Part shown: positions 53,821 to 63,693 of the stretch, piece by piece
How the letters are laid out: each line of letters starts with the position of its first letter
Position numbering within the stretch: position 1 is the first letter of the stretch
Notes under the pieces: generated by a model
What the model saw: only the letters and a program-made list of their open reading frames with translations
Database searches by the model: none
Told to the model about the DNA's origin: nothing
Made by a program: the position numbers and the translations under genes
Assembly (NCBI GenBank): GCA_963730015.1
Contig: CAVSPZ010000002.1
Span: 138,142 to 202,141 of the forward strand
Direction of reading: 5' to 3'
From: an uncultured Acidobacteriota bacterium
Lineage (GTDB): Bacteria; Acidobacteriota; Terriglobia; Terriglobales; Acidobacteriaceae
Length of the DNA stretch: 64,000 nucleotides

Positions 53821-55029
53821 ATGGATGAGCGCGCATCTCCAAAGCTGCGTGATTTAGTCGGCTGGCCGCCAGAGAGATCTGCGTTTTGCACCGCCAATCT
53901 CCCATCCACGCCCACGCCACAATGGGACCAAGAAGTCTGCGCGAGACGAATCAAGCAGATTTTGAGACGGGTCGGACTAACCATGAATGATGTTTCGGTC
54001 CTTACGAGCGTGCGCTTTGGAAAGAAAACCCCGTATTTCATCCCGCCGACTTTCCTGTTCAGGCACAGCCGGGGAACCACCCCTCACATCTGTCAAATCG
54101 TAGCGCTGAGCCAGATTACAGGATTCCGTTTTGCCGACTGGATGAACCTTTTTGGCTTTGATCTAAAGCTGATTTTTGCCTTACAACTCAAGCTTCACAC
54201 CGAACGTACAGCTATGGTTACGCCCAGTCCGTTCGTTCCCGCCCCTGATGCCTTCGTTGCGCACTGCAGCTCGGGATACCCTATAGAAAATGATGAGCGC
54301 TATCTGTTCGCCAAGATTGGTAGTCAAGACGCCGTCATCTACCCAAGAATTCTTCCCGGAAGCATAGTGCGGGCCGATCGACATTATTCACGCCGTGTTA
54401 TCGATGAGATCGATGGTGAGGTCCCTGTGTGGCTCGTGGAACATCCCAGCGGCCTTACGTGTTGTTATGTGAAGCATGTCGATAACAGACATGTAATCTT
54501 GCTTCCGAACCGTCCTCCGTTATCAGCCTGGCCGCTATGCCTCTCGAGCGAGGTACGGATCTTGGGCTTGGTTGATCTCGAATTTCGGCCCCGGACGTCG
54601 GCCCCAGTGCGGCCTATGTGCCGCGCAAGAAAATCTGAGTTCCCGCCAGGGTTAGCGTACAGCCTTGGCACCGGCGTCAACTTGTCAGCCTTGCTGCGCA
54701 GGTCGCGGGCGCGTTCTGGTTTGACCCTTCGCGCAGTCCATGAAATGACAGTGCAAATTGCGAGACTGCTTGGAAATCAAGAATACGGCGTCGCCCTGGG
54801 TCTGTTGTCAGATTACGAGGCAATTAACAAAGTGCCAAGACATGTTGCCAAGATCATGACCCTCTGCATTATTTATGGCCTGCACCTTTGTGAACTGCTG
54901 AAAGCTGGTGGAATCCACATCGATGATTCTGACAAAGTACCGCTGGATCCGTATGACGGGAAACGCGATTTGCCCTTAGCGTTTGATGTTGGTGTCAACG
55001 GCCGTGAGTCTTTTGCGGCTCGCTATTGA
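53821..55029 (+). CDS. putative regulator with two HTH-like regions flanking an S24-like domain
   Basis: IKQILRRVGLTMNDVSVLT and LRRSRARSGLTLRAVHEMT are HTH-like segments. The middle is similar to 50623..51402. Confidence 0.5.
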   Translation: MDERASPKLRDLVGWPPERSAFCTANLPSTPTPQWDQEVCARRIKQILRRVGLTMNDVSVLTSVRFGKKTPYFIPPTFLFRHSRGTTPHICQIVALSQITGFRFADWMNLFGFDLKLIFALQLKLHTERTAMVTPSPFVPAPDAFVAHCSSGYPIENDERYLFAKIGSQDAVIYPRILPGSIVRADRHYSRRVIDEIDGEVPVWLVEHPSGLTCCYVKHVDNRHVILLPNRPPLSAWPLCLSSEVRILGLVDLEFRPRTSAPVRPMCRARKSEFPPGLAYSLGTGVNLSALLRRSRARSGLTLRAVHEMTVQIARLLGNQEYGVALGLLSDYEAINKVPRHVAKIMTLCIIYGLHLCELLKAGGIHIDDSDKVPLDPYDGKRDLPLAFDVGVNGRESFAARY

Positions 55030-55451
55030 GTTGGACGGCAATGGAACATCGAGCGAGCTCAACGACTTGAAACTGGACTTGACGTGGGTCGCATACGACA
55101 AAAAATCGCTCAGGTAATGGCCGGCGTCACTAGTTCCCTGGTCTCGGATAATGTCGCGGATGACGAGGAGCGGAAAACCGAGGATCTTGCTCGCTCCCTG
55201 CTCGATTACCTACGAATGAGGCTGCGCGAGTACCCACATCAAGGGTTCATCGTGGAAATATCCGAGTTGGCCTTTCGATTCAGAGAGAGGGAGTGGGCGC
55301 TGGAGAGTCGGGGACAAGCCACACCGACGGATTTTAAAGGTCTCTGGAGGTTGCGAGTTCCTTCTTCAGCAGGTGGCCAAAGCAAGAATCTTCTCGAGGG
55401 TAACTCAAATCAAAGGATTCCTGGGCTAAAAACTAAACGGGAGACATCATC

Positions 55452-55733
55452 TTGAGAAGCCTCGGTCTCACTGACATGGAAAGAAAACAAATCGGATGGA
55501 AGCACTGCCCATACTGCGGAGACGATGAAATTTACCGTTCGCGACGGGAGCCATTGACATGGGTGGATCGAGTTTGTGGGCTCTTGCTTCTTCAACTTGT
55601 CAGGTGCCGTCGTTGCCAAATGCGTCATTATCGACCGGTCTTTTTTCGAGCAGCTGAATACTCAGGACGCATCGGCAACATCCAATCCGTCCAGAACGGT
55701 GGCAAGGATGAAAAACACGAGCGTTCCGCGTGA
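55452..55733 (+). CDS. small zinc-ribbon protein
   Basis: CPYCG...CRRC pairs. The start may be the internal MERKQ. Confidence 0.35.
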   Translation: MRSLGLTDMERKQIGWKHCPYCGDDEIYRSRREPLTWVDRVCGLLLLQLVRCRRCQMRHYRPVFFRAAEYSGRIGNIQSVQNGGKDEKHERSA

Positions 55734-56217
55734 CGATCGTGTTGATCACGAGCGTGGTGGCGGTGCCGGCAAAGGTGTCTAAGATGTGAGAGAAATTGGC
55801 TGCGGAAGGGGGAGAAGTTCTGGAATTCTACCCTGACGGCCCACGGAACTAGAGCAAGTTGTAGCCCAGCCCGCCTTATGGCCGCGCCCTTAACCCAGCC
55901 TCGCCTCCGGGCCCAATCTCCACTGCCAGGTAGGATTGCGCGCACTCGAGAGCGAAACGGCGATGTTTTCAACAACACTTCCGTTTTCCGAGCAACACCG
56001 CGCTCCAGTGCTATCCCCTGTTTCGTTCTTGCAGGTCACCTGCGCCCGGATCGGCACACGCACATATCTCCTTCGATTCTGTAGTAGCTCTCCAATGAAT
56101 GTGTGCAGTCGGTCTTAAACCGCTGCCTGCCTTTGATGCGGATAATCGAAGTGTACCTCGATTCAGCCACTCGTCGCTTGATTGACCCCACCCCCCAGAG
56201 GTGTACGGTCCTTCGTT

Positions 56218-56258
56218 CTCGGGTCGTGATCTCGGGTCGTGATTCCTCGGGTCGTGAT
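56218..56258 (+). repeat. three perfect direct repeats CTCGGGTCGTGAT
   Basis: Copies start at 56218, 56231 and 56246. They lie 48-88 nt upstream of the REC-GGDEF start codon. Confidence 0.6.
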
Positions 56259-56305
56259 CTTGCCTAGCTCACGAAGAGCTGTCACCATCGTGGGGCGTGA
56301 ATGTT

Positions 56306-57227
56306 ATGAAGATATTGCTGGTTGAAGATTCCCGCCTTGAACGACACAAGATTGGTCGTTGCTTAACCGACTGGCGGCTCGATTTTGTCGCTGTCGAAAG
56401 CGGAACAGAAGCCATCGCGTCGTTGGAGCGTCCCGAACCTCCCAACATGATTTTGCTCGATCGGATGCTGCCCGATCTCGACGGCATTGACATTTGCCGC
56501 CGCACAAGGGCAAACGGAGCGAGAGCACCCTACATTTACATCGTAATGCTGACGGCCAAGAGCCTGAAGCAGGATCTGCTAATTGCTATGGCGGCCGGTG
56601 CCGACGACTACCTGGCTAAGCCGGTTGAATCCTTCGGAACTGCGGGCCCGAATTATGCCAGGGAGAAGAATTTTGGAACTCCAGCAATCTCTACGGTTCG
56701 CTGCCACTCACGATTTTCTGACTAACCTGTTGAACCACTCAGAAATACTTGCAGCGATTGACCAAGAGCGTTCGCGGAGCGGACGGGAGGAAAAACCCAC
56801 CACGATCATTATGGCCGACATCGACCACTTCAAGCGCATCAACGATTCCCTCGGTCACGCAGCAGGCGACGAGGTTTTGAAAGAAGTGGGGCGCAGGTTG
56901 AAATCAGACTTGCGTCCCTACGATGTCGTCGGACGATACGGTGGGGAGGAGTTCCTCATCATTCTACCTGGCTGCGATCTAACCACGGGTGCTCGACGCG
57001 CGGACGAGCTTCGTAACTTAGTCGCGAAAGATCCGATTTTCACTCCCTTTGGTACAACTACCGCCACCATCAGTCTGGGAGTTACTGCAACATCCAATCG
57101 CGAATGCCCAGTGTCAGACCTTCTGCACGAAGCCGACGTTTGCATGTATGCCGCCAAGAAGAAGGGTAGGAACCGAGTCGAATTCCTTTCCGCCAAGGCC
57201 CGGCAGAAGGGTGCGGGACAGCAGTAA
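56306..57227 (+). pseudogene. response-regulator diguanylate cyclase (REC-GGDEF) with a frameshift in the linker
   Basis: REC (MKILLVEDS..ILLDRMLPDLDG..DDYLAKPV) is in one frame. NPSELRARI...THDFLTN...GGEEF...ADVCMYAAKKKGRNRV is in the next frame. The switch lies near 56621-56630. Confidence 0.75.
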
Positions 57228-58095
57228 AATATACGCGAAAGCGCCAACAGGCGCTTCGCTGAGGCTAACAAGAAGGGGGCACCTCAAGGTACCGCTGAGA
57301 AAGACCCAGGGACCCGCCAAAGGGCCTTGGGCTCTTTTGATTGTCCTCTGCTACTCGGAACTCACGATCTCTCGCGAACCGTCGCGAACTGGGGCTTACC
57401 GCCGCCGCACGTTGCGAGTTGAGGCTCGCAACATCGCCGAGAGTAAAGCTGGCGCAGGTATCGCCGGCTTAGCGGCAACATCGCTGGGTACAGGAGCCTC
57501 AGTAAGGTTGTTCAGAATATTCTCCTTTTACGCTGGCCGCAGCTTATCTTTTGTGCACGAGGCGTCTCAAGTGACCAAGGTCTTTGGGCCCACGCCCTGG
57601 AGGTTTGCCGAGCGGTCAATCCGCGGAAAGCGGAGACGAAGGACACGAACTTGGGTACGTGAAGCTTAGCTACCGGAAGCAAAAGGAGGCGAGTTGCATT
57701 GCTCTTGCGTTCGACGGACTTCTTGACAGGACAGGATCACAAGGTCGCATACTGCGAGGTTCGAGGTCCATGCATGGCGCCACAGCTTCGAGGCTGGAAG
57801 GTAAGGATTTTCTCCTTGCTGCTGCTCTGTTACGGAATCCGAACAGACTTAGAGAAGCATGACTTCAGTAATTAGAGCTCATTGTCTCGCTGTGCGACCC
57901 TTAACAGGTCCCTTAGCGGAGTAAGTGTATGTTCCACAAGTCGCATTAATTTGTCGCAGAAACTGTCCTGGTCGGCCCGATGATCGCAATGCGAACTGGG
58001 ACCTATAAAGGGAATTCCTCTCAAACCGAGGATTCAAAGTTCATTTTCGCTTCCCGACGAGAAACCGCCTGCAACGGGAAACAGGCGCCCAAAGC

Positions 58096-60159
58096 ATGCG
58101 TAAACCCGCGACATTCGCGAACAAAACCAAGACCTCCGCTTTCCGCATGCGCCAAGTCGAGGGACGCGAGTGGTGGCTTTGGAGTTCCGCCGTAGCCGTC
58201 ACGCTAGCCCTGACATTCGGTATTCTTTCTTTAACGTTTCCTGGTCTGCATCAACCCACCGACAACGTCTATTCCCTGAATCTCAAAGAGTGGGTTCGCG
58301 GACTGGCTGCACTGGTCCTGTTATTTAACATCTACACCGTATACCAGCATCTGCAATTGCAGCGAGTCCGCCGGCAGTTGGCCGAACGCGAACAAATCTT
58401 TCAACTGATCACGGAAAATGCCGCGGATATGATCGCAGTGATCGACCGCAACGGGAATCGCCTCTACAACAGTCCCGCCTACCAGAAAATCCTGGGATAT
58501 GGGCCGGAAGAGCTGGCAGCAACTTCTTCTATGGATCAGATTCATCCCGACGACCGTGCGCGGGTGCAGGAGGCCTCTTCCAAGGCGAGCACCACCGGCC
58601 GGGGAGAGCAACTCGAATACCGCATCCGACACAAGGACGGTTCATGGCGTTTTCTTGAGTCCACGGCGAGCGCCATTCGGAGTCCGCAGGGCGAGGCTGT
58701 CGGACTAGTCATCGTCAACCGTGACATTACACAGAGAAAACGCGCCGAGGAAAGGTTGGAACACCAGTCTTTCCACGACAGTTTAACCGATCTCCCGAAC
58801 CGCTCCCTTTTTCTCGACCGCTTGCAACGCAGCGTCGCCGTTTCACGTCGGCACTCAGAATTGAAGTGTGCTGTTTTATTCATTGACATCGACGAGTTCA
58901 AGGTGTTCAACGACAGTCTGGGCCACGACACCGGGGATAGCCTGCTCGTACAAATCGCGAACCGTCTGAGCGCAGGTCTTCGCGGCAGTGACACGATCTC
59001 ACGGCCGCGCGTTGACGAAGACACGGACCTCTTTGTTGGCGAGGGTACCCTCGCCCGGCCTGGTGGCGATGAGTTCACGGTCCTCATCGAAGAGTTGAAT
59101 GACCCCAGCGACGCCATTCGAGTCGCTGAGCGCATTCAGCAGAGACTCGCCGTTCCTTTCCACTTCAACGGCCAGGAGATTGTGCTCTCGGTGAGCATTG
59201 GCATCGCGTTCAGCAACGACGGCGCAACCGAGGCTCCGGATCTCTTGCGCGACGCCGAGATTGCTATGTATCGCGCCAAAGGCAGCGGCAAGGGCCGCTG
59301 CCAGGTATTCGACCATGCTATGCACGCCGAAGCTATTAAACGGCTGCAGCTTGAGACTGACCTGCGCAAAGGTCTTGAGTTGAATCAGTTCCACGTCTAT
59401 TACCAGCCTGTGGTTTCTTTGCGCAGTGGCCAGATCGTAGGGTTCGAGACGCTCAGTCGCTGGCAGCAACCCGAAGGTCTCGTCATGCCCGGAGAATTCA
59501 TCTCTGTTGCGGATGAGACCGGCATCATCTTAGCCATAAACCGGCAACTGCTTTATGAAGCTTGCCGGCAAATCCGTTCATGGCAAGCGCTGTTCCCTTC
59601 TGGCCCTCCCTTGTCGGTCAATGTAAATATCTCGCCCAAGCAGTTCGCTCAGCCGGATTTAGCTTCGCAGCTTGGGAAGATCTTGCAGGAAACCGGACTC
59701 GCCGCTTCTTCTCTTAACCTGGAGATCACGGAGACGATCGCCATGGCCGATGCCCAGAGGTCGGCAGCAGTCTTCTCCGAGTTAAAGGCGCTTGGCGTCC
59801 GCCTGGACATCGACGACTTCGGCACCGGCTACTCGTCCCTGAGCCGGTTGCAGCGCTTTCCGGTCGATACTCTGAAGATTGACCGTTCGTTTATCTCGCG
59901 GGTGGATACGGACGTTGAAACTGCCGAAATCGTTCGTGTCATCGTCATGCTTGCCCGGGGTCTTCACCTGGAGGTGGTCGCGGAAGGCGTCGAGACACAG
60001 GCGCAAGCGGACTGGTTGAAGGACATTGGCTGTGAACTCGCGCAAGGATACCTCTTTTCCAAACCCGTTCCCAGCGAGACTATTGTGCAACTCCTCGGCA
60101 ATGCCGCAAACGTTTCCGCCAACCACCTAGCAAAAGCCGCTAGTGCAAACTACGCGTGA
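58096..60159 (+). CDS. membrane-anchored PAS-GGDEF-EAL protein
   Basis: Two TM helices, PAS (ITENAADMIAVIDRNGNRLYNSPAYQKILGY), GGDEF (RPGGDEFTVL) and EAL domain (ETLSRW..DDFGTGYSSL..KIDRSF). Confidence 0.9.
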   Translation: MRKPATFANKTKTSAFRMRQVEGREWWLWSSAVAVTLALTFGILSLTFPGLHQPTDNVYSLNLKEWVRGLAALVLLFNIYTVYQHLQLQRVRRQLAEREQIFQLITENAADMIAVIDRNGNRLYNSPAYQKILGYGPEELAATSSMDQIHPDDRARVQEASSKASTTGRGEQLEYRIRHKDGSWRFLESTASAIRSPQGEAVGLVIVNRDITQRKRAEERLEHQSFHDSLTDLPNRSLFLDRLQRSVAVSRRHSELKCAVLFIDIDEFKVFNDSLGHDTGDSLLVQIANRLSAGLRGSDTISRPRVDEDTDLFVGEGTLARPGGDEFTVLIEELNDPSDAIRVAERIQQRLAVPFHFNGQEIVLSVSIGIAFSNDGATEAPDLLRDAEIAMYRAKGSGKGRCQVFDHAMHAEAIKRLQLETDLRKGLELNQFHVYYQPVVSLRSGQIVGFETLSRWQQPEGLVMPGEFISVADETGIILAINRQLLYEACRQIRSWQALFPSGPPLSVNVNISPKQFAQPDLASQLGKILQETGLAASSLNLEITETIAMADAQRSAAVFSELKALGVRLDIDDFGTGYSSLSRLQRFPVDTLKIDRSFISRVDTDVETAEIVRVIVMLARGLHLEVVAEGVETQAQADWLKDIGCELAQGYLFSKPVPSETIVQLLGNAANVSANHLAKAASANYA

Positions 60160-60540
60160 GACGTGGAGCAGCGTGGCCAGGGAAGAAGGCGAGGTTCTCG
60201 GTTTACCGAGCGCTCGGCCTTTTCCGTCTCAGCTATAACGGCGTATTGACCATACCCGTCGTACGTCCACTATTGGAGTCAAAATTCCAAGTGGTTCGCC
60301 TCGTGTGCCTTGGGCGCGTTCTTTCTCTCGCTCAGTGGCACCGAAGTGGTGCCTACGAATTCCTGAGAATTTCTGGAAACCAAGGCATTGCCCGAAGTAT
60401 TGGAAAATATTACCCCTTGTCGAGGAATTACCGGTCAGACGGGTCAGACATGTGTCAGTGCTTTCCCAAGCGGAACGACCGTCGCCTTAGTATTTCGCAG
60501 ATAAGCTGGGCAGCGGTTGCCAGGAACCGCTGTTCGCTCA

Positions 60541-60616
60541 GAACGACTGTGAGAATCTAGCTTCCAGGAATTCGCCTAGCTTGGCTGTTGCCCTGAATTG
60601 CGGAATGGGATCCGGT
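60541..60616 (-). pseudogene. remnant of the last ~25 codons of a DUF932 gene
   Basis: Encodes DPIPQFRATAKLGEFLEARFSQSF*, matching the C-terminus of 46401..46826. No upstream continuation. Confidence 0.5.
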
Positions 60617-61363
60617 AGGTTAGCTTGCATAGGAAAGAAATCCTCCGTTCAGAGAACGCTTTTTGCATGGCTGCGAGTTTTCCACAACTTTCAGCGTTGA
60701 AGTTGTGACATCCGTCACATCAGGAGGCCGTCGGGGTATGTTAGTTCTTCAGAATGGACACCGAAGACCAGATCTTCAGGCGCTACAAGGCCGAATTGGA
60801 TGCAATCGGGGCTCTTGATCGTTGCTATTATCTAAGTCCATCCCCGACTGTCGCTGATCGACGGGACTACGCCGCAGGTCAACTGCAGATGGAAGAGACA
60901 CGTTCTCGGTTCTACGCAGAGCTCACTGCTTGTCGAGAACACGGTCTACTGTCCCGAACGGTGTACCGAAACTGCCGAACGAAGGTCACATTGCGCAATG
61001 TGGCGTGATCGAGTGCGACGATAAGTAAAGCATTTCCCGAGCGGGAAGGTCAGCCGTCGTACCAAACACTCCCATCTGTTCCTTGTCTGCGATCGTGCGA
61101 AGTACCTGATAGCCTCATCATTCTTGCCTTCGGCGTGATCTGCCCATGCTTCGGCTTCCTTCATCTCACGGTCAACCCAATCTGCAAGGGGAAACTTTTT
61201 CGCGACAACCTGATTGTAAATAGACTCGACCTCGCCCACGTTGTGGCGTGCTTGGTCCGCATGGCCACTGCGAGCTGCCTTCAATAGCCCGGACAAGGTA
61301 GGTGATCGAGTCGTCTCCAAATCCTGTACCTGGTGCTGAAGGAAGATTCTTCTTGAGAACCCG

Positions 61364-61954
61364 TCAAGGCGTGGCTTGCGCCTGAATGCGAAGGGTGCCG
61401 GTGTAAGTGTCGGCCGGGAACTGCGGAAGTGTTGTCAAATTCAGCTGGACATCCATAGCATCCGTCCGACTGCTCGTCCGGTTCCCGGAGTTGATCGTCT
61501 GCGTAAACAGCAAGCGTCCCGATGCTGACGCGTTGAAAGGGGTAGTGCTGGACAGCGGATTGTAACCCCCGGAGCCATTCATGCGAACCTGGATTGCAGT
61601 GGAAGGAATATCGGTCGTGTTCAGTGAGTTTGTGTGCACCAGGGCAGAGGTTGCGCTCGCGAAGTAGGCATAGAGCTTTACGGCAGTGCGGCTGCTTTTG
61701 AGCGATGTCCAGGAAGTGGTAATGCTCACCGGCCCCCCGGAAAAGCTGTTGACCGCTCCAGGCGTGAGCGAGCTGATCGACAGGCTGCTTCCGGAGTTGA
61801 TCTGCACGCTCAGAGAGTCAGAGACTTGAGCGGCTTGAACACCCACGCGAATCTGTCCGTGTACTGACGGACTGACCGCCAGTAATGCCAGCCCACACAC
61901 CGCTACCGAGATCCATGCGTGTCGACGCTCCGTCCTGGTTGGCCTCATTCTCAT
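61364..61954 (-). CDS. secreted protein, possibly spore-coat-U/Csu-pilin-like fold
   Basis: Signal peptide ..AVCGLALLAVSPSVHGQ. Ser/Thr/Asn-rich beta-type sequence ending PADTYTGTLRIQAQATP. Paralog of 62169..62759. Confidence 0.6.
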   Translation of the reverse strand: MRMRPTRTERRHAWISVAVCGLALLAVSPSVHGQIRVGVQAAQVSDSLSVQINSGSSLSISSLTPGAVNSFSGGPVSITTSWTSLKSSRTAVKLYAYFASATSALVHTNSLNTTDIPSTAIQVRMNGSGGYNPLSSTTPFNASASGRLLFTQTINSGNRTSSRTDAMDVQLNLTTLPQFPADTYTGTLRIQAQATP

Positions 61955-62230
61955 TTCCTCTCTGCTGCTGGCAGGAAAAAAGCTACCGCAACTCCAACCT
62001 ACACATGTCCAAGAAGGCTCACAACATTACCAAGTCGCCATCCCCACGGTTACTGATGTAATTCCACTCTCCTTCCCCCGATGCGGCATTTGCGAGCACT
62101 CGCCGCGACGTTAACTTGGGCCTGTGGATGACAGTTCCACAAAACAAAATCGAAACGGAGGAACAAAAGTGAAATCACTAACCAGATGGATTATGGCTTG
62201 CGCGGTGCTCGCCCTTCCCTTGGCGGCCAG
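61727..62230. repeat. segmental duplication, copy A (divergent promoter region plus both gene starts)
   Basis: Colinear, with most positions identical by eye, with 63521-64000. A short unrelated stretch sits around 61930-61990. Confidence 0.7.
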
Positions 62231-62759
62231 TGCACAGCTGAACTCAAACACAACCAACGTGAGCCTTTCGGCTACGCTCAATGAATCGCTCTCGGTAACC
62301 CTGAACTCAGGCGCCACCCAGTCGATAACCTCGCTGACCCCGGCGGCTGTCAACAGCTTCAACGGCGGCCCGGCCAACGTCACGACCGCTTGGGTATTAA
62401 AGCCCGGCCGTACGGCGGTTGCTCTTTACGCCTACTTTGATGCCCCAATCGGCGCGATGCTTCACACCGACTCGAGCAACACGGTGGACATCCCGGCAGC
62501 GGCGATCAAGGCCCAACTCAACGGCGCCGGCGCGAACAACGGGCTGGGCAATAGCCTGGCCAGCACGTTTGGCGGCACCGCAACCGGTCTCCAGTTGTTC
62601 TCCCAATCGATCACAGGCACGAACAAAAATTCGAGCCGTACCGACACGATTGCGTTGCAGTTGGATCTGTCCGGTCCGGCCAACGGCCAGGATATGACTC
62701 AGCTTCCCGCCGACACCTACACTGGAACGATGCACATCCGGGCGCAGGCCACTCCGTAA
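62169..62759 (+). CDS. secreted protein, paralog of 61364..61954
   Basis: GTG after a GGAGGA SD. Signal KSLTRWIMACAVLALPLAASAQ. Ends PADTYTGTMHIRAQATP. Confidence 0.6.
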   Translation: MKSLTRWIMACAVLALPLAASAQLNSNTTNVSLSATLNESLSVTLNSGATQSITSLTPAAVNSFNGGPANVTTAWVLKPGRTAVALYAYFDAPIGAMLHTDSSNTVDIPAAAIKAQLNGAGANNGLGNSLASTFGGTATGLQLFSQSITGTNKNSSRTDTIALQLDLSGPANGQDMTQLPADTYTGTMHIRAQATP

Positions 62760-62950
62760 TTCCATGAGTAATTCCACGAGGGATTCCATGACTACACTGA
62801 AGCACAACTCGCAAGGAAACCGGCCCTCCCCCTTCCGGTTTCTGGTTTTCCTGATCGCCTTACTCGGAACGAGCGTTTGCAAGGAATTGAGCGAGACCGG
62901 CGAAATCAGCCGCGGGGAAATTGTCCGCGGCCGGGAAGGAGATTGAAACC

Positions 62951-63340
62951 ATGATTACTTTGGAGACGTCCCACAACAACACGATGGTTTTCGCGGAGGA
63001 GCGCAGACGATTTCCACGGGTCGCGGTTGCTCTTCAAGTCGAAATTCGACGTGAGGACGCGGATGTGCCCTTGCGCTCGCAAACTACAGACATCAGTCTG
63101 GGCGGGTGTTATGTGGAGATGCCGCTCACGCTGGTGATAGCAAGCAAGGTGGACATGGTGTTTTGGCTCGGTGACCAAAAAGTGAGTGCGAAGGGGGTTG
63201 TCGTCACATGCCATCCCCAATTCGGCAACGGCATCGAGTTCACCAGCATGTCTTTGGAAGGACAGAGCAGGCTACGCCATTACCTGGATTCTTTTGGAGA
63301 GCGACCGGCGACGAATTCCACCGCGCGTGTCCGCGTGTGA
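62951..63340 (+). CDS. PilZ domain protein
   Basis: RRRFPR (RxxxR) and DISLGGCYV (DxSxxG) motifs. Confidence 0.75.
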   Translation: MITLETSHNNTMVFAEERRRFPRVAVALQVEIRREDADVPLRSQTTDISLGGCYVEMPLTLVIASKVDMVFWLGDQKVSAKGVVVTCHPQFGNGIEFTSMSLEGQSRLRHYLDSFGERPATNSTARVRV

Positions 63341-63474
63341 CCGGAAAGCGGAACTTCCATTGCCCTATGCGGTGCCCGACTCCGATCTTCGCTTGACAAT
63401 GGCGAAAAAAACGCGGATTGGTAGGCAGAAGTTAAGAAGTTGCTGGCGGGCCAAATCATAATGTCTTCCCCAAG

Positions 63475-63693
63475 TTAAGGCTGAGCCCGTGTCGGTGCAC
63501 AGGGGGGAGAAGTATGCCCACACCGGGCTCCGGAAAAGCTGTTGACCGCTCCAGGTGCGAGCGAGCTGATCGACAGGCTGCTGACGGAGTTGATCTGCAC
63601 GCTCAGAGACTCAGATACTTGAGCGGCTTGAACACCCACCCGAATCTGTCCGTATACTGACGGGCTGACCGCCAGTAATGCCAGCCCACGCAC
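63475..63693 (-). pseudogene. truncated copy of the 61364..61954 secreted-protein gene
   Basis: The first ~55 codons (..LALLAVSPSVYGQIRVGVQAAQVSESLSVQINS..) are colinear with 61364..61954. Similarity then ends and the frame closes. Confidence 0.45.

Noticed and set aside
56218-56258. Considered whether the triple repeat, or any other repeats in the window, form a CRISPR array.
   Set aside because: The repeats are only 13 bp, essentially contiguous without spacers, and no cas genes are present. No CRISPR-like repeat-spacer structure was seen anywhere in the window.
60946-61320. 124-aa minus-strand ORF and 84-aa plus-strand ORF (60754..61008) between the DUF932 relic and the secreted-protein genes.
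   Set aside because: They overlap each other, have no motifs, and lie in a region that looks like degraded element DNA. Too weak to call.
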